The position numbers were made by a program, and so were the translations under genes. Positions 51,668 to 61,133 of a stretch of DNA of 64,000 nucleotides are shown here, piece by piece (the stretch's first letter is position 1; each line of letters opens with the position of its first letter). The notes beneath the pieces were generated by a model. It ran no database searches and was not told where the DNA came from. It saw only the letters and a list, made by a program, of their open reading frames with translations. This DNA is from an uncultured Spirochaetota bacterium. GTDB lineage: Bacteria > Spirochaetota > Brevinematia > Brevinematales > JAOACQ01. Location of the stretch: contig CAWIGG010000005.1 of NCBI GenBank assembly GCA_963835575.1, positions 422,561 to 486,560 of the forward strand, read 5' to 3'.

Positions 51668-51747
51668 AAAAGTTCCTCCTGTTTTTTTATTACAGCATAA
51701 AGCTGTAAGAAATTATTATAATGAATACTAATAATTTAATGAATAAT

Positions 51748-51776
51748 ATTATAATACAAAAATAGCTCCTTTGCAA
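51748..51776 (-). promoter_or_regulatory. sigma70 promoter of ilvD
   Basis: Minus strand TTGCAA-17 bp-TATAAT. Confidence 0.65.
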
Positions 51777-51800
51777 AAAGAGGGAATATAAAATTATCAA

Positions 51801-51865
51801 GCCTCACCCCGCCTCGCAAGGCTCGGTACCCCTCTCCAAATTTGGAGAGGGGACGGGGGTGAGGC
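51801..51865. repeat. REP-like GC-rich palindrome (CCTCACCCC...CTCTCC/GGAGAG...GGGGTGAGG)
   Basis: GCCTCACCCC pairs with GGGGTGAGGC; inner CCCCTCTCCAAA/TTTGGAGAGGGG is a perfect palindrome. Confidence 0.8.
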
Positions 51866-51974
51866 CTGTATAATCCAGATTATTACTTTATTTCGGTGTG
51901 TTTCCGTGTAATTCTGCGGCAATATTTTTTTAAACCACCTATTTTTTCCTAAAAAAGGAGTTCCCCATTAAAAT

Positions 51975-52829
51975 ATGATTACAAAAAGGAGGAACATTTT
52001 GCCTGAAATCGGCATTGCCGTCACACAGTCATTTGATTCAAAAAGCATTATAGACTATTTTCGATTAAAAAAGGATTTTTCCTCAAAAAAACTCGAGCTT
52101 TTCCGGAATGAGTCCATTGAGTTAGTCATCGGCAGGGAAGGGAGCGCCGGAGGAGCGGCGGCGGCGGCTTTTTTGATCAACCGCTTCGATAACATTGAGA
52201 AAATAAATTTCATACATGTTGGAGAATGCAAAGCAAAAAATCCGGGTTTAAAACCGGGGACTCTTGTCCTCTGCAATAAAATTACTGATTATGAAACAGA
52301 CAAATCCTATTATCCGGATATTCTTTTTAAGCATGCTCTCTCTGAAATATCTCTTATAACCATTCCAGCTATTAAAAAAGGCAGACAGATTGTTTTTCCG
52401 GGCTTTGACTGTATTGATGCGGAAGCCTCCGGTTTTATGGACGCTTCTCTCACCTTCCTTCCGCCGCACATGGTTTTCTGCATGAAAATCATAGCCGGCC
52501 TTGATGGCGGAAAGAAACACCGGGCCTGGACTGATAAAAACCTGACAGCCTTTAAGGATTTTACAGACCTGATCCGGCTAAATATGAAAAGAGGGGAAAG
52601 CATACTGACCGGAGAGGATCATCTTCTATTAAACAGCCTTAGCGCCTCTCTCCGTTTTACAGAGGCCATGAAAAGCCGGCTGTATAAAGCCGCCGGAGAC
52701 TATAAAACTGCCGGGGGAAATCTGGAAAAAACCATTACAGGTTATTTTCAATTTAAAATAAATCATAAAAATGAAAGCAGGAAAATTTTTGAGAAAATCA
52801 TCAAGGAACTAAGTTATGGTTCTTTTTGA
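51975..52829 (+). CDS. Nucleoside phosphorylase/nucleosidase-like protein (divergent)
   Basis: IDAEASGF resembles the DME.SGF motif; KSYYPDILF; overlaps the next gene. Confidence 0.6.
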   Translation: MITKRRNILPEIGIAVTQSFDSKSIIDYFRLKKDFSSKKLELFRNESIELVIGREGSAGGAAAAAFLINRFDNIEKINFIHVGECKAKNPGLKPGTLVLCNKITDYETDKSYYPDILFKHALSEISLITIPAIKKGRQIVFPGFDCIDAEASGFMDASLTFLPPHMVFCMKIIAGLDGGKKHRAWTDKNLTAFKDFTDLIRLNMKRGESILTGEDHLLLNSLSASLRFTEAMKSRLYKAAGDYKTAGGNLEKTITGYFQFKINHKNESRKIFEKIIKELSYGSF

Positions 52830-53799
52830 TTATATTTATATTGAAGAAGCGGCTGAAAATTATCCCCTGCCAAAAGAAATAATTAAAAAAATGAAAGGGG
52901 CCAGGATTATAACCATTAAAGATTATAAAGAAGTATTCAGCCGTCCCGGCCAGGATTATCATCTGCAGAAAAAATCGCAAAAGCTCATTCTCGCGGTAAA
53001 AAAGAAAAACTTTCTTTACGAACTGCCGCCAATCTGCCAGAATTTCGGCGTCAAAAATTCTTACTATGCCTCACCGGCGCTGAACTGCGTCTATGAATGC
53101 GGCTACTGTTTCCTGCAGGGAATGTACCCCTCGGCCAACATTACCGTCTTTGTCAATACGGAAGATTTTTTTAAGGAAACGAAACGTCTTTTAAAAAGCT
53201 TTCCGATAAGCCTGGCTGTCTCATATGACACCGACCTCCTGGCGCTTGAGAATATTCTCGGCCTTGCCTCTGAATGGATCGGGTTCGCGTATGAAAACCC
53301 CGGCCTGACGCTTGAGATACGGACAAAAAGCGTTAACACAGGCGTTTTTATAAAAAATAAACCTTCGCCGGATATCATACCGGCATGGACACTCCTGCCG
53401 GAGGAAATCATCAGCCGTTATGAAAAATCAACTCCATCCCTTTCCTCCCGTCTGAACGCCGTTAAAAAAATCATGGAAATAGGCTGGAAAGTCCGGCTCT
53501 GTTTTGATCCGCTTATGATGATACCCGGATTGGAAAAAATTTACCCGGATTTTATTAAGAAAGTTTTTACAAAGCTTCCTGTTGAAAATATCCGCGATGT
53601 CAGTGTCGGAGTATTCCGGATGAACGAGGTATTTTTTAAAAAAATGAAAAACAGCTCTCTTTATTCCGGCATCCTTAACAAACCTTTCATGACTGAAAAC
53701 GGAATAGTCGCTTACCAGGCTGAATACACGAGGCAATTAAAAAATTCAATGTTAAGAGAAATCATAAACTATTTGCCGGAGGAAAAGATATTTTTTTGA
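52816..53799 (+). CDS. Spore photoproduct lyase-like radical SAM protein
   Basis: NCVYECGYCFLQG CxxxCxxC, VFVN.ED, EIRTKS, E..TPSL..RL, FDP. Confidence 0.85.
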   Translation: MVLFDYIYIEEAAENYPLPKEIIKKMKGARIITIKDYKEVFSRPGQDYHLQKKSQKLILAVKKKNFLYELPPICQNFGVKNSYYASPALNCVYECGYCFLQGMYPSANITVFVNTEDFFKETKRLLKSFPISLAVSYDTDLLALENILGLASEWIGFAYENPGLTLEIRTKSVNTGVFIKNKPSPDIIPAWTLLPEEIISRYEKSTPSLSSRLNAVKKIMEIGWKVRLCFDPLMMIPGLEKIYPDFIKKVFTKLPVENIRDVSVGVFRMNEVFFKKMKNSSLYSGILNKPFMTENGIVAYQAEYTRQLKNSMLREIINYLPEEKIFF

Positions 53800-53840
53800 G
53801 TCAGTCAGAAAGTTCTGATCTAATCCGACCGGTAAGTTTT

Positions 53841-54902
53841 TCATTCGATGTTATTCATCATCAGTTCTATTATTTTCAACCGGCAGTCAAAAAACACCTC
53901 GACAATGCGTGGGTCAAAATGCGAGCCGGAACTTTCCTTTAATATCTTCTCGGTCTGCTCCTCTGAATAAGCTTTTTTATATATTCTTTTGGTCGTTAAT
54001 GCGTCAAACACATCGGCAAAAGCGACAATCCTGGCTTCCAGCGGTATTTCCTCTCCCTTCAGATTTTTTAAATATCCCGAGCCGTCCCATCTCTCGTGGT
54101 GATAGAGGACGATATTTTTCGCCATATTATCAATATCAGGACTGTCCAGCATTTTCGCCCCGATGGTGACATGCTCCTTCATTTTTTCATATTCCGCGGC
54201 GGTATATTTACCCTCTTTTTTTAAAAGGCTGTCCGGTATACCGATCTTTCCGACATCATGCAGGGATGAATATATTTTTATTTTCTTGACAAAATCCAGG
54301 TCGCAGCCGTATTCCCCGGCCAGAATTGCCGAATATCCGCTCACTCTTTTAATATGCTTTCCCGTATCCGTATCATTGAGAAGGTTGACGTTTTCAAAAG
54401 CTGTCACCATTGCCATTGTAACATTGTCCAGCTTCTTTGTTTTCTCTTCCACCAGATGCAGAAGATGCTTTTCCTTATCCCTCAACATGGCATTTTTTTC
54501 TTCCAGGTCTTTTAAGGCATTTTTTAATTTCAAATGGGTATTGATCCTGGCCAGCAGCTCATTTTTTTTAAAAGGTTTGGTAATATAGTCGACACCGCCC
54601 GATTCAAAGGCTTTAGTAATGCTGTCCGAATCGCCGAGGCCTGTGACAAAAATAACGGGAATATCCCTTACGCCAGGCATTTTTTTAAGACGTTCCGCCG
54701 TCTCAAAACCGTTCATACTCGGCATCATAATATCCATCAATATGAGATCAGGCAGGTCATTTTTATTCTTTTCAAACATCTCAATGACATCCAGCCCGCT
54801 TTTGGACATGATGATGCAGCTATCCGTATTGTTTTGAATGATAGACGCCAGCAATTTCCTGTTATCAGCGAGATCGTCGACTATCAATATTTTATATTTC
54901 AT
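53841..54902 (-). CDS. Response regulator with HD-GYP phosphodiesterase domain
   Basis: LIVDD, LMDIMMP, HDVGKIG, HHERWDGSGY, ADVFDAL. Confidence 0.92.
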   Translation of the reverse strand: MKYKILIVDDLADNRKLLASIIQNNTDSCIIMSKSGLDVIEMFEKNKNDLPDLILMDIMMPSMNGFETAERLKKMPGVRDIPVIFVTGLGDSDSITKAFESGGVDYITKPFKKNELLARINTHLKLKNALKDLEEKNAMLRDKEKHLLHLVEEKTKKLDNVTMAMVTAFENVNLLNDTDTGKHIKRVSGYSAILAGEYGCDLDFVKKIKIYSSLHDVGKIGIPDSLLKKEGKYTAAEYEKMKEHVTIGAKMLDSPDIDNMAKNIVLYHHERWDGSGYLKNLKGEEIPLEARIVAFADVFDALTTKRIYKKAYSEEQTEKILKESSGSHFDPRIVEVFFDCRLKIIELMMNNIE

Positions 54903-57900
54903 ATTTCAATCCTTCCAATTCATCTATTATGCTGATAATGGATTCATCATCGAATTCCCTGGCGGCTATTTCCAGCTTTCTTTTTATTTCATTGAAGAAT
55001 TCATGAGAAGAGAACCGGCCCAGCCGCGCCGCAAGGCCGAGAACTTTTTCCTGATTGAATATTTTCGCGTTAAATTTCAATTCCCTGATAATCTCATCCA
55101 GTTCCCTGCTTTCCTGTTCATTAATAGCGAGAGCAAGTTCTTTTTTATTGCCCGCTTCTTTTATGCTCCTGCCTTCTTTTTCTTTGATTCTGGACATCAG
55201 CTCTATTATCTTTCTCCTGAAATCCTCTTTATTGATCGGTTTGGATATATAATCATTGCACCCGGCCTTGTAATACTTTAATGCGTCGCCCTTCATGGCA
55301 TGCGCCGTCAGGGCAATCACATAAAGATTTTTTAATTCCTTATCATTTCTTAAATTTTTCAAGACTTCCAGGCCGTCCATGACAGGCATCTGCATGTCTA
55401 AAAGAAGCAGATGATATTCATTATTTCCCCTGACGGCGTCTTTAAGTTTGTCCAGGGTTATCCGCCCGTTCAGCGCAAAGTCATATTCCACTTTAAGCTT
55501 TTTTAACAGAGCTCCCACCAATTCCTGGTTCATCTCATTGTCTTCGGCGACCAGTATCCTGAATTTTACCGGTTTCATGCTTTCCCGCACTGTTGAATCG
55601 GTAAAATAATAATCAGGAATTCTTTTCACTATCTCCCTGGCGCCGTTCAATAATTCCTTCAATTTATGGACGCTGAAAACATCTTTTTCTATTTCCTGAT
55701 TCATTTTATAAAAAATATCATATATTTCAATAATACCCAGATTGCCGCTGACTCCTTTGATATCATGAATCACTTTTTTTATCATATTATGATCATTTGT
55801 TGAAATTACAGCTTCAACATCCTGGATCTGATCCGGCAGTTTTTTTATGGCCTTTAGAATAATATTTTTAATTTCCGAATCCCCTTCAGCGCTTTTCAGC
55901 CATTGCTGGACCATCTGCTCGTCTTTATAGGAATTTTTACACTTTTTCCCGGAGAGAATTTCCCCGGATCCCGGCAGGGGTAATTCCACATAAAAAGCCG
56001 AACCTTTGCCGGCCTCGCTTTCAAAATATATTTTACCGCCCATCTTTTCAGTCAGGCCTTTTGATATGGCCAGACCCAGACCTGTCCCTCCGAATTCCCG
56101 AGTTGTGGTCGGGTCCGCCTGGCTGAAAGAGGAAAAGATCGTGTCAAATTTTTCTTTCGTTATCCCTATTCCCGTATCAATAACGCTGATCGAGGCGGTC
56201 TGGTTCAAATATTTACAAGTGATGCTCACGCTGCCTTCCTTTGTGAATTTAAAAGCGTTGCTGACCAGGTTTAAGATAATCTGATTGACCCTGCGCTCAT
56301 CGCCGAATACCAGCTCAGGCAGAGTTTTATCGATTTCGACATTAAAAAGGATTCCCTTTTCTTCCGCCTTGATCAGGAATATTTTTCTGACATCATTGAT
56401 AATAGTTTTTAAAGAAAAATTGATCTTCTCAAAATCAATCTTTCCTTCTTCCATCTTTGAGAAATCCAGAATGTCATTGATGATTTCCAGAAGATTATTA
56501 CCGGCCCTCATGATCACCTTGAGCTTATCCTTTTTCTCCGCTTCCCGCTCATCTTCCAGCAGCAATCCGGTAAAGCCTATAATGGCGTTCATCGGGGTCC
56601 TGATTTCATGGCTCATATTGGCGAGGAACTGGCTTTTAATTTTATCCGCTGTTTTAGCCGCAATTCTGGATTCCTCGGTTTCCCTCTGCTTCTTGAAAAG
56701 GAACGCGCTTTTGAGGGAATTGCTGATCTGATAACGCAGCGTTTCATAAGTAGTTGCCAATCTTGTGCCCATCTCAAATAAAATATATCCGAATTGCTCA
56801 TTTCTGAAAAATAACGGCATCAAGATCATATTGCGGCTTTTTTTATGGGACTTCAGTTTATCAGGTAAGATATTCAGGGTAGGAAAGAGAGATTCTTTGT
56901 CGCTTACACTCAATCTCCCCTCATTATTAAACGCCAGGATGAGCCTTGACCATTCCGGAATATCCCAGACAAAACCTTCCTTTTTCTTCGGCTCGTCGTT
57001 ATATAAAAATATATAGGCTTTTAATATGCCCAGCTGGGGCAGACCTTTGGCTATGGCTTCCAGCAGCTCATTCAATTCAAAAGTCGTAGTCAAAATACTG
57101 CTGACTTCCCTGAGCGTCCAGACAATATGCTGTTCATAGATAGAGTGGAACGGGTCCGGCCTGAGCATCATATCGCCGATATAGATCAGCGCTTTCTGGC
57201 ACATGATTTTAAGAAGAGAAAGGGAATCATCATCTTTTATATATACATGGATTTCATCACGCAGGCTGTTGATTACGGACTGCCATAAGAACTCGTCGCT
57301 GACATTGCTCATCAGACCGATCGGCACATCAGAAACTATATAGAGAAATTTATCATTTTCGATCTTTTTGTTTTTCAAGCTCAAAATCATCGCATTGAGA
57401 AGTTTTTCAATCCACAATGATAAAAAGCGGTTGGATATGCCCTTCTGCTCCAGTTCTTTAATTGTTTTACTGAGAATGCGTTTTTGATTGATTTTTAAAT
57501 TCTTTTCATGGCTGCTGACGCCTGTATAAAATTCCTTCTGATTGGAATCGGCCTGCGTCAATGAAAGGGAAAAACAGCCGCATGACTGCCGGATGACCAG
57601 CTTTGTGGGAAGATAAATCTGCTCCGGGGTCTTTTTACCGTTAATCATGGCCAGGACAATCTCCAGGGCTTTCCTGGCCTGTTCGTAGAGAGGCTGACGC
57701 ACTGTCGTTAACGGCGGATTTAAATTCCTGGCGATATTAATATCATCAAAACCGATAAGCCCGACATCCCTGGGGACTTTTATTCCCCTTTCCTGAAGGC
57801 ATTTAAAAGCGCCCAGGGCCATATCGTCATTGGCGGCGACAACGGCGTCGAATTTTACCTTTCTCTCGTCCAGAAGGATCTTTATCGCGTTATAACCCTT

Positions 57901-58452
57901 GTTATAAACAAAATTTCCGGGAGTTACCAGGGCCGGATCGAATGGAATATGATATTTCTTTAATGCCTCTTTATAACTTTCGAACCTGACATCGGCTTCC
58001 TGATGGCCTTCAGGACCTTTTATATACGCTATCCTTTTATATCCATGATCTTTGATCAGGTGATCAAACGCTTCATGAAGGCCTGATTTGTTATCCACCA
58101 GCACACTCGGGACGCCTTCGACCGAAAGGGCGATACATGCCATGGGCAGGGGACGGAACCGGTCGCAGAATTTTTTCAATTCACCGTCGGTGATAAAATT
58201 GCCGAGAGTGCCGGACATGATGACCAATCCGTCCATATTCCTTCTGTCAGCCATATTATAAATAATATGATGCTGGGAATCAAAGCCGTAAGGGGATGAA
58301 AGAGCTTTCCCCACAACAAATATGATATTAACATCCAGCTCTTCAGCGAAATCGGCGATGCAATTCCATATCTTTGTCTGGCACCCTTCCTCCAGCATGC
58401 CGATTAAGACGCCGATTGTCGGTCTTCTTTTTAAGCTTTTTCGTGAAATCAT
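54892..58452 (-). CDS. Hybrid histidine kinase: LacI-type sensor + HisKA + HATPase + HPt + receiver
   Basis: VAANDDMALG, IRQSCGC, FLANMSHEIRTPM, GGTGLGL, HDIKGVSGNLG, VAEDN, LDMQMP. Confidence 0.92.
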   Translation of the reverse strand: MISRKSLKRRPTIGVLIGMLEEGCQTKIWNCIADFAEELDVNIIFVVGKALSSPYGFDSQHHIIYNMADRRNMDGLVIMSGTLGNFITDGELKKFCDRFRPLPMACIALSVEGVPSVLVDNKSGLHEAFDHLIKDHGYKRIAYIKGPEGHQEADVRFESYKEALKKYHIPFDPALVTPGNFVYNKGYNAIKILLDERKVKFDAVVAANDDMALGAFKCLQERGIKVPRDVGLIGFDDINIARNLNPPLTTVRQPLYEQARKALEIVLAMINGKKTPEQIYLPTKLVIRQSCGCFSLSLTQADSNQKEFYTGVSSHEKNLKINQKRILSKTIKELEQKGISNRFLSLWIEKLLNAMILSLKNKKIENDKFLYIVSDVPIGLMSNVSDEFLWQSVINSLRDEIHVYIKDDDSLSLLKIMCQKALIYIGDMMLRPDPFHSIYEQHIVWTLREVSSILTTTFELNELLEAIAKGLPQLGILKAYIFLYNDEPKKKEGFVWDIPEWSRLILAFNNEGRLSVSDKESLFPTLNILPDKLKSHKKSRNMILMPLFFRNEQFGYILFEMGTRLATTYETLRYQISNSLKSAFLFKKQRETEESRIAAKTADKIKSQFLANMSHEIRTPMNAIIGFTGLLLEDEREAEKKDKLKVIMRAGNNLLEIINDILDFSKMEEGKIDFEKINFSLKTIINDVRKIFLIKAEEKGILFNVEIDKTLPELVFGDERRVNQIILNLVSNAFKFTKEGSVSITCKYLNQTASISVIDTGIGITKEKFDTIFSSFSQADPTTTREFGGTGLGLAISKGLTEKMGGKIYFESEAGKGSAFYVELPLPGSGEILSGKKCKNSYKDEQMVQQWLKSAEGDSEIKNIILKAIKKLPDQIQDVEAVISTNDHNMIKKVIHDIKGVSGNLGIIEIYDIFYKMNQEIEKDVFSVHKLKELLNGAREIVKRIPDYYFTDSTVRESMKPVKFRILVAEDNEMNQELVGALLKKLKVEYDFALNGRITLDKLKDAVRGNNEYHLLLLDMQMPVMDGLEVLKNLRNDKELKNLYVIALTAHAMKGDALKYYKAGCNDYISKPINKEDFRRKIIELMSRIKEKEGRSIKEAGNKKELALAINEQESRELDEIIRELKFNAKIFNQEKVLGLAARLGRFSSHEFFNEIKRKLEIAAREFDDESIISIIDELEGLKYEI

Positions 58453-58822
58453 AATAACAGCTCCCGCCTGGTCTTTTCTTTAACTTTGACTTAAGAAGCG
58501 ATCTTTATCCGGCCAAAACAGCCCGTACAGGATTATTAATCAACTTAATAATTAATAAATGAAAAGTGAAATGAATTATTTATAATGGATATTTAATATT
58601 ATTATAAAAAACAAATATTATCAATGCAAAATTTGTTTTATTGTTATTATCAAAGCTTTCCATATTAAAATTTTTTTTATTGATATATCAAATTCTCATT
58701 CCAAGTGAAATACCTGAATTTCGCATAGACTCTCAGCCTCTCTATGCTCCTTTTCTCATTCAAGAACAGCCGTCAAAATACCGATGGATTCTATAATTAT
58801 TCTGTTTTCAGGAGGAAACGGT

Positions 58823-59329
58823 ATGATCCAAAAAAGATACTTAAATCTGGTTTTAATCATCTGCCTTTTCCTTATTTCCATAGGCAGCTTTCTGCTGCAT
58901 GTCCGTACTCATCCGGTTACACCCCATCATCTTATTTATTTAATCCCATTTATTGCAGGCCTAATCAGTATTCTGGTTTTACCCATTATGTTCTTGAACA
59001 AAGGGCTGGTCCCTTATGCCTATCTCGCTAACGGCATGATGGCCATCATCGGAACAATAACAATGGTTCACTATCTAATCCAGTATCTTCCCCGCAGGTT
59101 TAATCTGAATTATATTTTTATGAAAACGCTCCTCCCCGATCTATTGATACTCTGGGGTGTATTCCTGATAGGAAAAATGCTCTTCGATGTGGAAATGATG
59201 AGCTCGAATAATTTTGAATCCCCCAGGAATAAAGGCCGGTTTATAAGGTTCCCGAACATGGGCTACTGGCTGATCCATCTCGGCGCTTTGAGCCTGGTCT
59301 ATTTTCTCGGCCATGTACTATGGAAATAA
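58823..59329 (+). CDS. His-rich polytopic membrane protein of unknown function
   Basis: AGGAGG RBS before ATG 58823, about 5 TM helices, His in LLHVRTHP, MVHY and WLIH..LGH. Confidence 0.8.
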   Translation: MIQKRYLNLVLIICLFLISIGSFLLHVRTHPVTPHHLIYLIPFIAGLISILVLPIMFLNKGLVPYAYLANGMMAIIGTITMVHYLIQYLPRRFNLNYIFMKTLLPDLLILWGVFLIGKMLFDVEMMSSNNFESPRNKGRFIRFPNMGYWLIHLGALSLVYFLGHVLWK

Positions 59330-59341
59330 CGGGAGGTTATT

Positions 59342-59437
59342 ATGAGTAAAATTTTATTATTAAAGCCCTTCTGGTGGGTGCTCCATGTCCTTGCCCTTAT
59401 TTTAGTATTCTGGCTCGGGCACATAGTCAGATTTTAA
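59342..59437 (+). CDS. 31-aa single-TM peptide (absent from the ORF track)
   Basis: GGGAGG RBS; MSKILLLKPFWWVLHVLALILVFWLGHIVRF; similar to the last helix of the upstream protein. Confidence 0.8.
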   Translation: MSKILLLKPFWWVLHVLALILVFWLGHIVRF

Positions 59438-59486
59438 TATTGTCAAGCATGTCTTTAAATCCGTCATTCTGAAAGTTCTCTCTTTC

Positions 59487-59515
59487 TTGAAAATCTAGGA
59501 GAAGCTCATTATAAT
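59487..59515 (+). promoter_or_regulatory. sigma70 promoter upstream of the hairpin and tRNA-Ser
   Basis: TTGAAA-17 bp-TATAAT. Confidence 0.65.
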
Positions 59516-59675
59516 AACCCCGTTCTAGAAGTAACCATGTCGTTGTAATAGGGTTTCAGCGGCCGCCTTTACCCTATAACGGGTAGGGTAAAGGCTTACC
59601 GCTGAGTCCGTTTTATTTATTAAAGCCTATTAATCAGTGCCTTTCCAAAAATCAATAGATTTTTGCAAAGGCTTT

Positions 59676-59760
59676 GGAGAGATGACCGAGTGGTTGAAGG
59701 TGCGCGCTTGGAAGGCGCGTGTACAGCAATGTACCGGGGGTTCGAATCCCCCTCTCTCCG
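59676..59760 (+). tRNA. tRNA-Ser(GGA), CCA not encoded
   Basis: Acceptor GGAGAGA/TCTCTCC, anticodon arm CGCGC-TTGGAAG-GCGCG, long variable arm, GGTTCGAATCC. Confidence 0.96.
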
Positions 59761-59957
59761 ATATCCCTACAGCCAATCTAACCAAACCAGCCAAATAACT
59801 CTATATTTATCAATGAGTTTCATTAATAAGCTCCTGGTTAAATTTGCCCATTTTGATAAAATTTGCCAGCTATCTGCCAGTAAATTATAATGAATTAGAG
59901 AATTTACTGGCACTGACACTTTTCTGCCAGTAAACTTGTCAGGAAAGGAGGTAGCCT

Positions 59958-61019
59958 ATGGCATATTGGGATGAGAAGGATAAGGCTTATTACGCATCTG
60001 TTACACTTGAAGGAAAACGTAAAAGGATAAAGCTTCACGGAATAATGCGCAAAAAAGAAGCTGATGCCGAGGAAGCCAGGTTAAAGCTTAAAATATCAAC
60101 CGGCGAGTTTTACGATTTGAGAAAGCAGAAATCATCAAAGATGGCCGGTGAATTAATAACACTCTACATTGAGAATTGGTCAAAGGTCAATAACAAAGGC
60201 TGGCGGCTGGACCGGAATAATATTGAAAGATTTATTGAAGTTATTGGGAACAAGAAAATTGATGATTACACTACTCTTGATATTGATATTTATAAAAAAG
60301 AGCGCCAAAAAGAAGTTAAAAACACAACGATAAACAGGGAATTAAGTACCATCTCCGGGTTCTTCTCCAAACTTGAGGAATGGGGTGAATTAAAGGAAAA
60401 AAAGGTTAAATTCAAGGATATTCATGTTCCTTATGATGAAATGCACCGTGATAGAATCCCTACCCCTGTAGAACTCAAAATGATCTTTGAATCCATTCAT
60501 GACCCTGAATTTTTTCTCATTATTGAAACCCTCTGCATGACCGGCCTCCGCCGTTCCGATGTTCTTGACCTTACAATCGAGAAGATGAAATTCGATCAAG
60601 AAATCATCCAGTTCAAGCAGAGTATAACCCAGGGTAAAACCGGGAAGAAGGTAACCATAATCCTTCATCCACGGTTACGAAATGATCTGCTGTTATGGAT
60701 AAAATCAAATAACATTAAAGAAGGCAGAATATTCACAATGTCGGCAAGGGAAGTTTCGGAAACTTTCAGCGTTTTATGCAGACTGCTGAATATCAAAAAC
60801 CTTGTTCTTCATGATCTCCGCCATGTTTTCGGCACAGCTCTCGCAGCCACGAGGGTAAATGGAATTGCCATCGATCCCTTTGCCCTTTCAAAGCTGATGG
60901 GGCATTCTGACATCAAAATGACGGATAGATATATTAATCCTCTGGATGATTACAAAAAACAATTTATCGATAATATGCCGACAGGTTTTCTGCCTGAAAA
61001 AATACCGGATATCGATTAG
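59958..61019 (+). CDS. Tyrosine recombinase (phage-type integrase)
   Basis: TINREL, TGLRRSD, HDLRH, LMGHS..MT.RY; AGGAGG RBS; 200 bp from the tRNA 3' end. Confidence 0.93.
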   Translation: MAYWDEKDKAYYASVTLEGKRKRIKLHGIMRKKEADAEEARLKLKISTGEFYDLRKQKSSKMAGELITLYIENWSKVNNKGWRLDRNNIERFIEVIGNKKIDDYTTLDIDIYKKERQKEVKNTTINRELSTISGFFSKLEEWGELKEKKVKFKDIHVPYDEMHRDRIPTPVELKMIFESIHDPEFFLIIETLCMTGLRRSDVLDLTIEKMKFDQEIIQFKQSITQGKTGKKVTIILHPRLRNDLLLWIKSNNIKEGRIFTMSAREVSETFSVLCRLLNIKNLVLHDLRHVFGTALAATRVNGIAIDPFALSKLMGHSDIKMTDRYINPLDDYKKQFIDNMPTGFLPEKIPDID

Positions 61020-61042
61020 GATAAAGCAAAACATATTCAATA

Positions 61043-61124
61043 TTGACAAATCTAAAATATAATTGTATTATATTATACAAATATTTGTACGATAATATAC
61101 AATATATTGTATTATTATATACAA
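61043..61124 (+). promoter_or_regulatory. Promoter overlapped by three phased TTGTA-N8-TACAA operators
   Basis: TTGACA 61043-17 bp-TATTAT 61066; 18-bp palindromes start at 61063, 61085 and 61107. Confidence 0.8.
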
Positions 61125-61133
61125 GAGGATAAT

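Noticed and set aside
59663..59890. 75-aa ORF
   Set aside because: Overlaps tRNA-Ser; spurious
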